Shown: positions 1-11,700 of the stretch, piece by piece
How the letters are laid out: each line of letters starts with the position of its first letter
Numbering within the stretch: the first letter of the stretch is position 1
Assembly (NCBI GenBank): GCA_965178125.1
Contig: OZ237751.1
Location: forward strand, 930,001-994,000
DNA from: Bilabrum cf. latius
Lineage: Eukaryota
DNA length: 64,000 nt
Reading direction: 5' to 3'
Position numbers and translations under genes: made by a program
The notes under the pieces: model-generated
Told to the model about the DNA's origin: nothing
What the model saw: the letters and a program-made list of their open reading frames with translations, nothing else
The model's database searches: none

Positions 1-840
1 CAGAATGCACGCGAACTGCTGTTCATGGTGAAATCGTGGTACTTGCACAGCCTGGCTACTCTATGCTCGGAGCGCGGCCGTCATTGTGCCGTCAGAAGCA
101 ACTACGTTGACATCTACGAGAGAGGTATAGCAATGGCCGCAGGGTCCCCAGCCGAGGTACCTGTTCTAGTCAGTACCATGCAAGAGTTGTGTCGCGGACT
201 ATTGCTTGCATACACTGGTTCGTACGGAGATGCAGCTTGGTATTTAGGCGCGGCTTTAGGATCCAATGTTTTGGGCGACTCTGAGCCCAATTTGCAAATG
301 GATGCGCTGCACGCTAGAGCCGAGTGCTTGTTTCGGCTGGGCCTGCACAGCGATGCAATCCAAGCGTACCACGATACCGACCAGCGTGCTGTCTATCTGC
401 ACGGATCGCAATCCCCCGAGCGAATTCGAGTTCGGCTCTGGCTGTCAGCGTGCCATCGAAGAATGGGTAACATTCTCGCGGTTGTCGCAGAAGTCCAGGA
501 CTTCCGAAGTAAGGTCTCATCACGCATGATAGACGGGCGTTTGGACATTCTGGAGCTTCTTCGGGAAGAGTGGCTAGCGCAAGCAGCCTTGGGCGATTTC
601 GAATAGGCGTACCTTGCGGTCGATCATGTACTCTGTGGGGTTCGAAAACTCTATGGCGAAGATAGCCGGGTGTTTGCCGTCGTATCACTGGATCGGTTTT
701 TGTATGCGGGCAAGACAGACAGAGAGGATGACGCTGAGAAGTCGCTTGAAGCTGGATTGCCGTGGCTCACAATATGCATGGAAGACTTGGGACTATTGGA
801 CAGCAGCGACCGCAAGCGGTAGTACTGGATTCCGGATTGA
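1..840 (+). CDS. 3' part of a TPR-like helical repeat protein (5'-truncated by the window edge)
   Basis: Frame is open from base 1. It has TPR-like helices (ARAECLFRLGLHSDAIQAY), reads through TAG at 604-606 and one later TAG, and ends at TGA 838-840. Confidence 0.55.
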
Positions 841-2185
841 GCATAAGCAGTGCTAGTGAGTGATAGATAATCCACCGCGGCACGGCGTTGCACTTCTGTT
901 ATATTGCCCGCATTATCCGGACATGAAGATGTGTGTTGCAGTGAGGTGGCGTGGCACCATGGCCTGTTCGCGTGTACGATCAATCCGGATTCCGGGTGAG
1001 CGACACACGATGGTGCAGATGGAGTGAGGGGCTCTGAACGGCAGGATCTTTGGTGCCAACGGAGTGGAGCAACGATTCAGAAAGGAGGCGTGGTAGGTCT
1101 TGTCCTCGCACTGCCGTCTGCTTGTTAGTGAGGCCAATGAGGCCTCTGAGATTGAGGCTGCATTTTAGGCGCAGAACCCGCTCGAGGTGCAGGGGCAGAG
1201 ACAGGGCGAAGCAGAGGAGTGCGCGGGGTGGACCAGAAGGACGAGGGCGGCGGAAGGGGGGAGGGGTGATGGCACATCCGGCGGGTAGAGGAGGGTGCGT
1301 GGAGGAGAGATAGCTTGCAAGGGAATCACGGTGGTTGGAGCTCGTGAGAGCGTCAAATTCAAGTATCAAATGTGTGGTCATCTAAAGTGGCAAACTAGAA
1401 CTGCTTCCGTAGCTTACTGGTGCGATAAATCGGGCACTCAGTACACCGCAGGACAAGCGAAATGACCGCGCTTCGTCCAGTCCAGCCTCCCAGGTTGTCA
1501 GCCCGTCTTTGGCCCATCAGGATGATAGATCACTCAGTGGATCGAACCAAGACTCGAGTACTTGCGGTCCTCTGCGTCACGCATGCACCGCGCGGCAGCC
1601 GCCAGCTCTGCATCACGCAGGCCGTCCAAAACAGGGCCCTGATCGCGACGAGCCCGTGCACCGCACTGCAAGCCTGCAGATCCGAGCAAACAACGTGCGA
1701 TGGAGACCGAGAGGACCGAAAGGCTGTGAGGGTGCATGCTAGCGTGATGCACGCCCTCACAACCCCTCGTGCTCCGTACCGAAGTCCAAGCCAAGTAGGC
1801 TAATTCGACTTGATGTAGTCTAGGCAGCTGCTGTACCGTCTCCCGCGCGATTCAGAGAGATGAGACAAGGTTGCAACAGACAGCCGCACCCGTCATGCCT
1901 TGCCGCATTGCCCTAGAAAGTTACATGACAGCAGTATGCACGTTACTCCCTACAGCGCCGCACCAACGACGCAAGCTGTCATTGTCATTGCGAGCAAACC
2001 ACCGGCGGGTCGGGTCAATTCCAGCCTGGGCACGTGAGCAGAGCTGTTCAAGTGCACACTAACAGTGCGCGTGAAGCGGCACTCAGCGATAGACGCTCAG
2101 AGCAACCTCTGCTGCGACTGGCCGCTGGCTAGCCAGACCCTAGCGAGGACCCCGGCTCTTGCCTCATGCCCCACACGAGCGATCG

Positions 2186-2292
2186 CTTGCCGCCCGTGCT
2201 CGTCCATAGATCATACCATGATCTTAGAGATCACTTGCCGCCCGTGCTCGCCCATAGATCATACCATGATCTTAGAGATCACTTGCCGCCCG
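2186..2292. repeat. 48-bp tandem repeat (~2.2 copies) with an internal inverted repeat
   Basis: cttgccgcccgtgctcgYccatagatcataccatgatcttagagatca starts at 2186 and 2234, with a partial copy at 2282. Each unit contains agatcat-acc-atgatct. Confidence 0.9.
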
Positions 2293-2887
2293 CGGACGAT
2301 GACGAGGATGACGAGGAGGGCCTGCCGCGCTTCTGGCCCAGCATGCCGGACGCAGACCCGCCCGCTGCAGCACCGTGCGATCGAGACGCGGCTTCAACGC
2401 TGGAAGCAGCTGCTGCTGCTGCGGCAGCAGCGGCGGCGGCCGCGCTCGCCTGCACGGCAGATGATGGCCCGCTGCTGGCCGACGACGCGGCCGCGCCTGA
2501 GGACGCTGCGCTTGACAGCGTTTTTCCAGTTGATGGGATGACAACTTCGGGCGTTGCTTGGTCCACGATCCTGACCCAGCCCCTCCTGTGCCCCTCTCGG
2601 ACAACCGTAGCGGCGATGGAGCCTGGCTGCATTAGGAAGCGCGAGTCCACGACAATTGTCTGATACTTATTCGCGCCGTTGATCCTGTCCTTCTCGTCGT
2701 CACCTGCAATCAGCAAATGAGCAGACTTCGATACCTTGGACTGAATACGGACGGGAGCAATCGCATCAAGCTCAAGCTGAAGTTCGCGGACGGCTTGATC
2801 GGTCGTCCAGGTACCGGGCAGCTGCTTCGGTAAAATAGTGACGATTTCTACACCGTAAATCCACTCGAATAGCTTCGGTGTATCCAT
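2279..2887 (-). CDS. Small protein with a BRCT-like segment and an Ala/Ser-rich tail (5' structure uncertain)
   Basis: SKVSKSAHLLIAGD..KDRINGANKYQTIVVDSRFL resembles the BRCT consensus, and the ORF ends at TGA. An in-frame TAA just upstream leaves the true start or upstream exons unresolved. Confidence 0.4.
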   Translation of the reverse strand: MDTPKLFEWIYGVEIVTILPKQLPGTWTTDQAVRELQLELDAIAPVRIQSKVSKSAHLLIAGDDEKDRINGANKYQTIVVDSRFLMQPGSIAATVVREGHRRGWVRIVDQATPEVVIPSTGKTLSSAASSGAAASSASSGPSSAVQASAAAAAAAAAAAAASSVEAASRSHGAAAGGSASGMLGQKRGRPSSSSSSSSAGGK

Positions 2888-3615
2888 TCTAAGCGCTTAT
2901 TTGTGCTGCAGGATGATTTTCAGGACGATTCGTCGGTTGGCGATGGCGCCGCGCAATAGAATCGGAAGTTCCGCACTAGGTCTCGAGTCTCGAGTCTCGA
3001 GATGCAACTTTGACGCCACAGCGCAACGTGAGCCGTTGCAGCGAGGCATAGTTCGAGCGCGTGTTCATTTCCAGGAACAGTTGCTTGAATTGGGCACTGG
3101 GGGCAGCCTCTGGGTCTGCGACCGATGCTGTTCTTCGGAGCAAGCCATACAAGCTGGCACTCAGACAGGGCGGGGGCTGTGGGGTGGACTTCAGCCAGCT
3201 AGGAGCGCCTGATTGCGAAATAGCAGACGCACCTTCCGGCCACGGCGTCTCACTATGGGGTGTGATGTGGGGCCCCGGCGACGAGAAGGGCCGCTCGAAA
3301 CTTCTGCCGCTTTGGTCTGCAGACGCTGTGCTGTACGTCCTTCGCAAAGCCAGCAGCAAGAGGTGCACGAGCGCGGGCTTCAAGGAAAAGGTCTACTGCA
3401 CATGGCAGTGCCTCTGTCGCTGGCGGAGGCAACTTACGAGGATGATCTCCAGCACAAAAAATAAATAAAAAATGCCTGCCCTCTGGGGAGATCCAGATGG
3501 GGTGCTGGACATGTCACCATTGAGAGGCCAACGGATGCCCAGACGTGAGGGAGCAGCAACTGGGAGTGTAGATCTGCGCACTATCCCACCGCGCTCCTGC
3601 TCACTCATAATCATC

Positions 3616-6600
3616 TCACCCGTCCACCTCCAGCACACGGTATCCCACCGCGCTCCTCCTCACCCCAAGCACAACCCTACGCCCGCCACCGCTTGCACCT
3701 CCATGCCCCCCATCCTCTGCCTCTCCCAGTGGACTCCCCATCGCCCTCTCCTGCAGCCCCCGCACTACAGGCCCCACCAGCTGCAGAGACTGCTGCCCTC
3801 CTCCTTCCCCTCCTCCTGCTCCCGCATGGTGACCCCCCTTGCCACCCTTGTTCCCTGGATCTGCCCCACCGGGCCTCGGCACCGACAGCCAACCGCCTTC
3901 GCACCAACCACCACCGCCTGACTTGCCCTTCCTGTGCCCGTGCCCGTGTCCATGTCCAGCCGGCCACCTGCCCACAGCCGTGGCTCGCATTCCCAACCGC
4001 AGCGCAGCGTCCACGTCCGAAGGGGCGTGCGGGTAGTGCAGCGATCCAGCTCCGGCACTGCCAGCCGCACCCGACGGCTGCTGCGCCCCTCCCGCCGCCC
4101 CACCGCCCGCACCGCCCACGCCCGCACTCGTCACACCAGGCAGCCCCGTCTCCGGCCCGCCCTCGGCCACCACCACCCACGGCCCGTCCCCTCGCACAGT
4201 CCCGGGCACGAAGGGAACCTCCAGCGGGTGCTTGTGACCCATCAGATCCGCCCTGCCAGCGGCACTCGCACTCGTCACACCATCCTTGGCGGGACCAGCC
4301 CACGGCTCCACCGCGGCATCAACAGCCTCCCTGATTTCACCCACGGCCAGCAGCCCCACGTGCAGCTGGGCGGGCGTGCCCTCCGGCAGGTCGGGCCCAC
4401 CGGGTGCCTTGCCCGCTGCCTACCGATGTGCCTGCAGCTTCCTCAGGGCCTCGGGGACGTGCACGACCACGGGGGGCTCCACCACGGCCACGTGCCAGCC
4501 GACCGGGGGGGCTGCCTGGGAGGCTTCTCGGGCGCGCCTGGCGAAATCCTCGGCCTCTTTATCTTCGGGTCCCCGCTTGTCGGAGAGGTAGGCCGCCCGC
4601 TTGCCCAGCCTGGCTGCCTCTGACCTGCACACCCAGGGGGCCTGCCCCAGCGGTGAAAACCCAACGGATAGTCCGGGAACGTCGTGCTCGAGCAGGACCC
4701 GCGCACTCGTCACACCACCGGGCGACAGGCCCACAGCGAGGACACGGATCGAGGCCCTGCCCATGGCGGGCCAGGCAACGCCGAGGGGAAGCACGGCCAG
4801 CGCGGACCGTTGTTCCCTGGATCCTGATCCTTGTTCCCCGGTGATAGAAGTGCTCACACCGGAAGTAGAGGCGCCGTCTATGCTCGATTCTGCGGCCCCT
4901 GACTCCTCACCGGCATGGGCGCCAGGTGCTGCTGCGTGAGAGCCTGCTGCTTCTGCTGCTGCCGCTGCTGAACCAGATCGGTCGCTGGATCCTGCCCCGC
5001 TCGATGGGGTGCTTGAGTCTGTTTTCGATTCCGAGTGGGAGGGCGGGCCGGTATGCCCACCTCCTCGCACGGCCACAACCAGCGGGGCGCCCACCTGCAC
5101 CCTTGCCACGTGGGCCCCCATGCAGCTGGTCTCCGCCCTCCCCAGCCCGAACGTGCCGCTCCCGCCGTCAGAGCCGCCGCCAGCGGATCCGCCCCCCGAC
5201 CCTGCCGTGATACCTCGCAGGCCAGGAGGGGTGATGGTGCCTGCCACCGCCACGGGGACGTCGTCTTTGACCACCTCGGATCCAGCCGTCGATCGGCCAG
5301 AGCTCACCAACACCTGCCCAGCGCTCGAGACGCGCACTGCCAGTGCCTGCTCCAGCACCCACTCGGGGAGGGAAGGACCCTCACTCTCCTGGGGAGGACC
5401 GCCGGTTTGACCACCCTCCCCTCCCTCGTCCTACACCTCCGCCGCGTCTGTCAGCAGCCCGGGCGCCGCCCTCGCCCCGCGGCCCATCCACACCGCGGCC
5501 GCTCCCTCCCCCACAGCCCAGTCCACCGTGCAGGGCAATCCGCCGTGGTTGGACCCAGCCAGCAGCCGCCTGGGGTCGCAAGGGTCCCTTGCCAGAGCGT
5601 ACACCTTGGTCTTCTAGGAGAGCCGTCCGGCGCCCGTCCGCCTGCAGTCGGCGAGCAGCATGCACCGCCGGCGGCCGTCCGTCAGGGCGGTTACCCGCCG
5701 CGCCCCGGAGAGTGTTGGTCCGCCGAGCGCCTGCGCCAGCTCGGCGAGCTCTGCGCCCCAGGCCGGCGGGGGACGGGCAGCGCCTCCATTTCGGCTCCGA
5801 ATCGTCGCGGCGGTGGTGATGCCGCTCTGCCTCGGAGCCCACTCCAGGCTGAATCGGCAGGCGGCCGCGGCGCCCGCGCTGGCAGACTCAACGGCTCTCT
5901 GCAGCGCCGCCCCCGCGAAATCGGGCCGGTAGCCCAGCACCCGCGCTGCCGTGGCAGCCGCCCTGCCCTGCTCCTCCGGTGGCAGCGGCAGTGCGATGCA
6001 CCCGCTCAGCAGCCCGGAGTGGTGCGCCGCCACGGCCACCGCCAGCGAACAAAACCCTGGGAGCCCCGCCAGCGGAACCGCCTGGATCGCCTTCGCGGCG
6101 CCGGTCCACTCCGCGGGAGGCTCGATTGTGGCAAGAAGGGGAGGGCAGGCGCTCCACCCGACCCAGTCCCGCGGCTGGCTGTGTTCCCCGGAGCTCCCGA
6201 GGGGCTTGTTCCCTGGATCGACGGAAGGGCCCTGAGAACCGCTGGCGAGCCACGACTCCCGTCCCGCGGGCGAGCCGGCGTCCGCCTTGAGGAGGCACAG
6301 CTCCGTCCGGCCCCGCCGGTGCGCGCTCCAGCCGCCCACCGCCACCGCCATCCCGCTCCGGGCGCACACGGAGAGGCAGGTGCCGGGAGCGGTGCCTCCG
6401 CTCGGGAGCACCACCACGAGGGGGCTGCTGGACGCACTCGTCACACCCAGAAGCGCGCTCCAAGGCTTCCAATCGGTCGGCGAGGGGGACAGCCTGGTCG
6501 TTCTCTCGAGGAGCGACGCAGCCGCCTCTACCCCTTCACTCATCACACCTAACGAATCATTCGTAACACTCCCGCTCGCTAGATCCGTCAGCGGCCCGCT

Positions 6601-8582
6601 CCTCCAGCACAGGACGGCTCCTTTCGTGGTGACGGCCCACAGCACGCGCCTCGTGCTCGTTGCGATGGAGATGGAGGCGCCCGTGCGGCTGCAGATCGTT
6701 GTTCCCTGGGCGACTGCCCGCGCGGCCGCTTCCGGCTCGGACTCCGGGACGAGCCCTCTTGTTCTCTGCTACTCCAAAGTGAAAAAGCTCCGTGGCCCTC
6801 CTTGGGCTACCGGCCCGATGCGGCTTGTGCCTGCAGCTGGTGGGGCTAGGGCTGGCCTGTCGACGGCTGTAGCAGCTGCAGCCCCACCAGCTGCAGCGCC
6901 CTCCGGTTGCCCGACATGAGCACCGCCGTGCAATGCACCCTACCAAGCGATCGCCTCTTTTGCGTCCAGGGCGCGGTCCTCGGGCAGCCGCACCAGCCCC
7001 GCACCCCCTTGGGCCGCGATGGGCCCGCACCGCCGAGCCAGGCGCCTGAGTCTGGCCACCCTCGGGTCGGCCGGGGACCAGGTGGCCAAACTCGCGATGG
7101 GTCCCGTGGAGGACAGGCACTTGGGGTGTGGCCGGAGCCAGGTCTCGATGCGGAACCAGGCGCCCGCAGAGTGCGCGGCGCCCGATTTCAATCGGAGAGC
7201 CAGCTCGGCGGTCGTGAGGCATCCCAGTGCTTCGGCTTGCGGCACCAATGTGACGAGTGCGATGCTACCGTTTGCGCAGCCCAGGGCAAGCAGGTTGGTT
7301 CCACAAGGCGCTGCGCACCGGATCGAAGCGGAAGAGCCGCCGGCCGCCTCCAGCGCGGTGAGCGGCATCGAAGCGGAACAGCCCGCAGTGACGTCAGCGA
7401 TGATGAGTGCTGAGTCAGTCCACACCACGAGACACTCCCCTTTAGGCGCGCACCGGTGTGACGAGAGCACTGAGGCGGCCCTAGCTCCTGGGTCTGTCGC
7501 AATTGGGTGTTCGCCCTGCTCGCCCAGGAGCAAGTGCTCGAAGCCATCTCCGGCCTATGCTTGCTTTTGTAATTGTTCTTGTTCTTCTCTGGCTTTGTTT
7601 ACACCTTCTGGTGTCTTAGATTCTGCTGTTGCTGAGCCTGAGCTGCCAGTCGCTGCGCCCGTCGCTGCGCTGCCGGTTGCCCTTGCCTTCGGGTCCGCAA
7701 CCGGTTGCAACCACCACGAATCCTCGGCGCTGGGCGCGCTCCCAATGCCACCGCTGGCCGACGACGCACCCGGTTGTGACAAATATGAAGATGAGGAAGA
7801 AGGGCGAAGAGAGGCGCCCGGCCAGAAGACCACGCCCAGGGGCTGACCGGCCCTGGCTGGGGCCTCTGCCACGTGCCAGGACCAGCCGGCGCCGGCACCA
7901 CCCGAAGAGGTAGAAGATGATGATGCTGAACCAGAGGTACTTGCTGCCTGTCTAGGTTGTAGGAAGCCCACTGTGCCGGTGGAGGCAGGTGCTCCCTGCT
8001 CGGTTGCCATCGGGTATGCCCCCCTCAGCCTCGGGATGGCGTCCAGCGCCTGTTTCAATCGAGTTGCAGCCTTGCCGGGGCGGGCCCCTAGACTTGCTTC
8101 TGTTGTTGGATCGGCTACAGGAGGCCTGCCGTCGAGCATTCCATCTCCGTCGAGTGGGGACGCAATTATTGGTTTCTCAGCTGCGTCTACACGCTGCTTA
8201 CGGTGGGCGGTCAAGGCATCTGATGCCAGATGCACTGCGTCCATGTGCGCTTGTCGCCTTGATTCTGCATCTTTTGCCCCGTCCAATACTGACTGGAGCG
8301 AGAAAGAGCCTATCGTCCGTCCGCGCTGCAGCTCATCATCAGTCGAAACGATCAGGACGTCTCCCTCCTGCGATGACGGCAGACAAAGGGACGCAGCTCA
8401 AGCTACGGCTTATCGTGCAATCAATGATGAAACACAAGGTCGACATGGAATCGTCTAACCTCGTCACAGGAGGCGATCCAGTTTTCGTACGGATGCACAG
8501 CAACTGCCTTCGTCTTCGGGACCTGTTCCAACGATGCTCGATATCCCGAGTGAATAGGAGCGCCAATATAGCATCTTTCCAT
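3616..8582 (-). CDS. Large WD40-repeat protein with low-complexity insertions (~1620 aa; intron 8368-8459; 6 in-frame TAG)
   Basis: The spliced junction gives the WD-like AVAVHPYENWIASCDE|EGDVLIVS. ORFs 7555-8286, 6940-7533, 5614-6645, 4420-5358 and 3616-4359 share one frame, separated only by TAG. Further WD-like blades include TNLLALGCANGSIALV and KVYALARDPCDPRRLLAGS. A further 3' exon is possible (GTGAGA near 3619). Confidence 0.6.
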
Positions 8583-8756
8583 TAGGTACGGCAAGCTTCG
8601 GTAAGACTAACTAGCTCCACAGCTCGTGTACTTGGAAAAAATCAAGAAATCGCTAATTCACAAAGTGTGACGAGGGACATCGGAGCAAAGCGCGGCCATG
8701 ACCGTGCCGCTCAGTACAACCCTCTGCTTGATCGATAGCTGCCGATTCGGGACCAG

Positions 8757-11700
8757 TCAGCCCACCACAGACCTATTCCGCCCTCGTCCCCCGTGCCTAC
8801 GCCTCCCAGCCCCCCGCCCACCCCCACGTGACCCACCTCCACCGCTGTCCCCAGCACCGGCCCCCTCGTCCCCTGCTCCCCGGCCCCCAGTTGTACCCCC
8901 AACGCGACGCACATGGTACCCGCTTTTATTGAGGAAGTACACGTGCTGCCCCTCAAGCGCCTGCATGCGCTGCATCTCACTGCGCCCCATGCCGGCTGTG
9001 GAGCTCTGGATGCTCTTCTCGGCCTGCTTCAGCGCTGCCTCCATCGGACTCGTCACACCCCTGCGCAATGCATCCCTCAGCCCTTGCCTCTCGAATGCCA
9101 CCAGCCGCTCCACCACCGCCGCGATCTTCCCCTTGGCCTGATGCAGGGCCCCCCTCGCCCTCCTGACGGCCTCGGCTCTCTCCTAGATCCTTGCCACAGA
9201 GGCCCGCCTCAGCTCCGCCATGCGATCGCGGAGGGCGCCAAGCATCTGTTGCCTTTCTTGCTGGATCCTCTGCTTGAACTTCTCCCTCGTCCTCGTCCTC
9301 GACTCGCTGAATCCCTTGTTGATGGACTGCAGCAGTGCCGCGGCACCAGGCAGCAGCACGCCCGTGTCAAGCGGGCCAAACGCACCGCCATCCCCGCCGT
9401 CTCCGTCCTCGTCCTCCTCCTGCAGATCATCAAAGTGCCCCGAGGGAAGCTTGAAGGTCGAAAGCGAGCTCGCGGCGGTGCTTGTGTCTGCTCCAGAGCC
9501 GACAGCGCCCAGTGCCCCGAGCTCCTCGCTGCCTACTCCATCGCCGCCAAAGGCGAAGCGGAAGCTGGGGTCCTTTGGCTCCCTAGCCGGTGCACTGCTG
9601 TCGCTCACAAAACTCGACCATGCACGACGATGGGAGTGGCTTGCCTCTTCGTCTCCGTCTTCCTCGCCTGCACCAGTGCCGCTGCCACCTGCAGCGATCC
9701 CTCTGCGGTCCTCGGCCAGCAATCCACCGGTGTACCCCTTGAGATCCGCAGGCATCCGGAGCTAGAATCCAACCGACCCTTCCTAGCCCTTACCGTCCTC
9801 GTCCTCGTCCTCATCTTCCTTGCCAAAGCTCAGGTGGCGGGCCGTGGACTCGCGCTGGGCGCTGAACGTGGGCATGCCATTGCCATTGCCATTGCTCTTA
9901 CCCTTGCCTGCCCCAGCCTCAGGCGACGTATCGAAGCTAAAATCGAAGCTGCTGCTGTCCCCGAAGCTGAAACCGGATGGGTTCTCCCCTGCCGCTGCCT
10001 TAGTTTCTCCTTCTCCCCCCCATTCGGCCTGCATTGGCACCTGTCCAGGACTCGCTGTAGCCGCGCGGCTCACCTTTTTGACTCGACCTGCGCTGTCACC
10101 AGCAGCACGAGCACCACCCATCCAAGGGAACTTTTGGTCAGCACCTGCACTGTGAGCACCACCAAAGCTGTTCGTGCTGCTCTTGGTCCCGCCAAAGGCC
10201 CCCATTTGCATGGAGAAGTTGAACTCGGACCCGTCTGCAGCGACGGAGGCCCGCTGCCTCGAAGCAGGCTCTCGTGACGAGCTCCTGCCGGCATGTTTGC
10301 CAGTACCGTGCTTTAATGGGCGCAGTGCTGACGCTAGGCCCTTGTCAGTGCTTGCGTGGGTTGCGCTCTCTGCCGCGTCTGCATTGCTCGGCGCACGACC
10401 GTCATCTCGCGAGTCCGTGCTCTCCACCCTCCTCTTCTTCTTCCTGCCCCCGAGCGCGGCGTCCTTTGCAGGCTTAGTCGTGCTCTTGCCTGCCTTGGGT
10501 TGCTTGTTCTCTCCATCAGCATCTGCCTCGAACTCGAAGGCGCATGAGTCAGAGTTGCTGCTCGAGTGGTTGCCGCTCTGCCGCTCATCGATCGTGTCGC
10601 CGCTTCCTGAGCTCGGTCCTCCTTGTTGCCCACTGCCGCTGTCCTGTGCATCGTCTTCTTCTTCGTCCTCCTGCGTGCCGACTTCAACGTAGCTGACCCT
10701 CGATCGTTTCCTGCTGGACCTCCGCCTGCCAGCCGCGTCGCCTGGTCCAGTTGAATCGAATGCACGACTCGCTGGATCTTGCTTCTCGCCGGGAGAGGCA
10801 TCACTAGCATCACCTGCAGCTGTGTTGCTGGTCGCGGCAGCTGCATCAGCAATGGCCTTGGCTCTGATGGCTCTGCTCTTGTCAGCATCTCCAGCGGCAG
10901 CCGAGTCGCGACTGTCTGCAGATTGGCCGACGCTGGGCTTGCTCCTGGGAGCCGGAGCACCCGTAGGCTTGCCGGCATGTCTGCGTTTCCGCTGCTGCGT
11001 CCTCTCCTTTCTCGTGGTGCTGCGGCCCCTAGGCTAGGGCCTGCCTCCACTTTCTTCCTTTTCCTCTTCGCTGTCATTGTCCTCCTCTTCCTTGTCCTGC
11101 ACCATTGACCGGGCTTTGGCTGGGGGTGCGCGTGCGAGTGCTCTGGCCTTGGCCTTCGAGGCCCCATCTGTATCGCCTGCCCCATTGCCCTCCAGCGCAT
11201 CGTCAAACTCGTCGAAGTCATCGGCAGCTGCCTTGATCTCCTTGCGCGATGCTGCCGAGGGCCTCCTTTGCCTGCTTGGAGGCCTGCTTGGAGGTCGCCT
11301 CTTTTGACTGGTCTGCTTCTTCGACTTGGCACCTGCTGCGGAGCGGCCAGCAGAGCGCGAGGACGGCTTCTCGCGATATGCTTGCTTCGTCTCTGTATCC
11401 CTTTCGCTTGCATTGCCGTCACTGGCGTCCTCGGCAGAGGATGGGTCCGACGACTCTGGATCAGCTGCGGCACCCGAGGATGTCCGAACTGTGGCTTTGC
11501 TGCTGCGTCTGCGTCCACTGGAATTCGAACCGGCGGTCTCGTCCATTTCATCATCCTTAGAATCAAACTTGCCACCCTTGCCTTCTTGTCCATCGTTGTT
11601 GACGTCTGCAGCGTCACCGCCAGTCCCCGGCTCCGACTCGGGCTCAGCAGTGATGGCATCCGAAGTGTCTGCTGACCCGCGACGCCGATGGCGCCCACGA

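Noticed and set aside
841-2180. Short ORFs between the TPR-like and BRCT-like genes
   Set aside because: No motifs, no consistent frame and no clear splice pattern, so I left them unannotated.
3616-8582. Naming the WD40 protein as Gemin5
   Set aside because: The resemblance of a few blades and one C-terminal helix is too faint to assign without a profile search.
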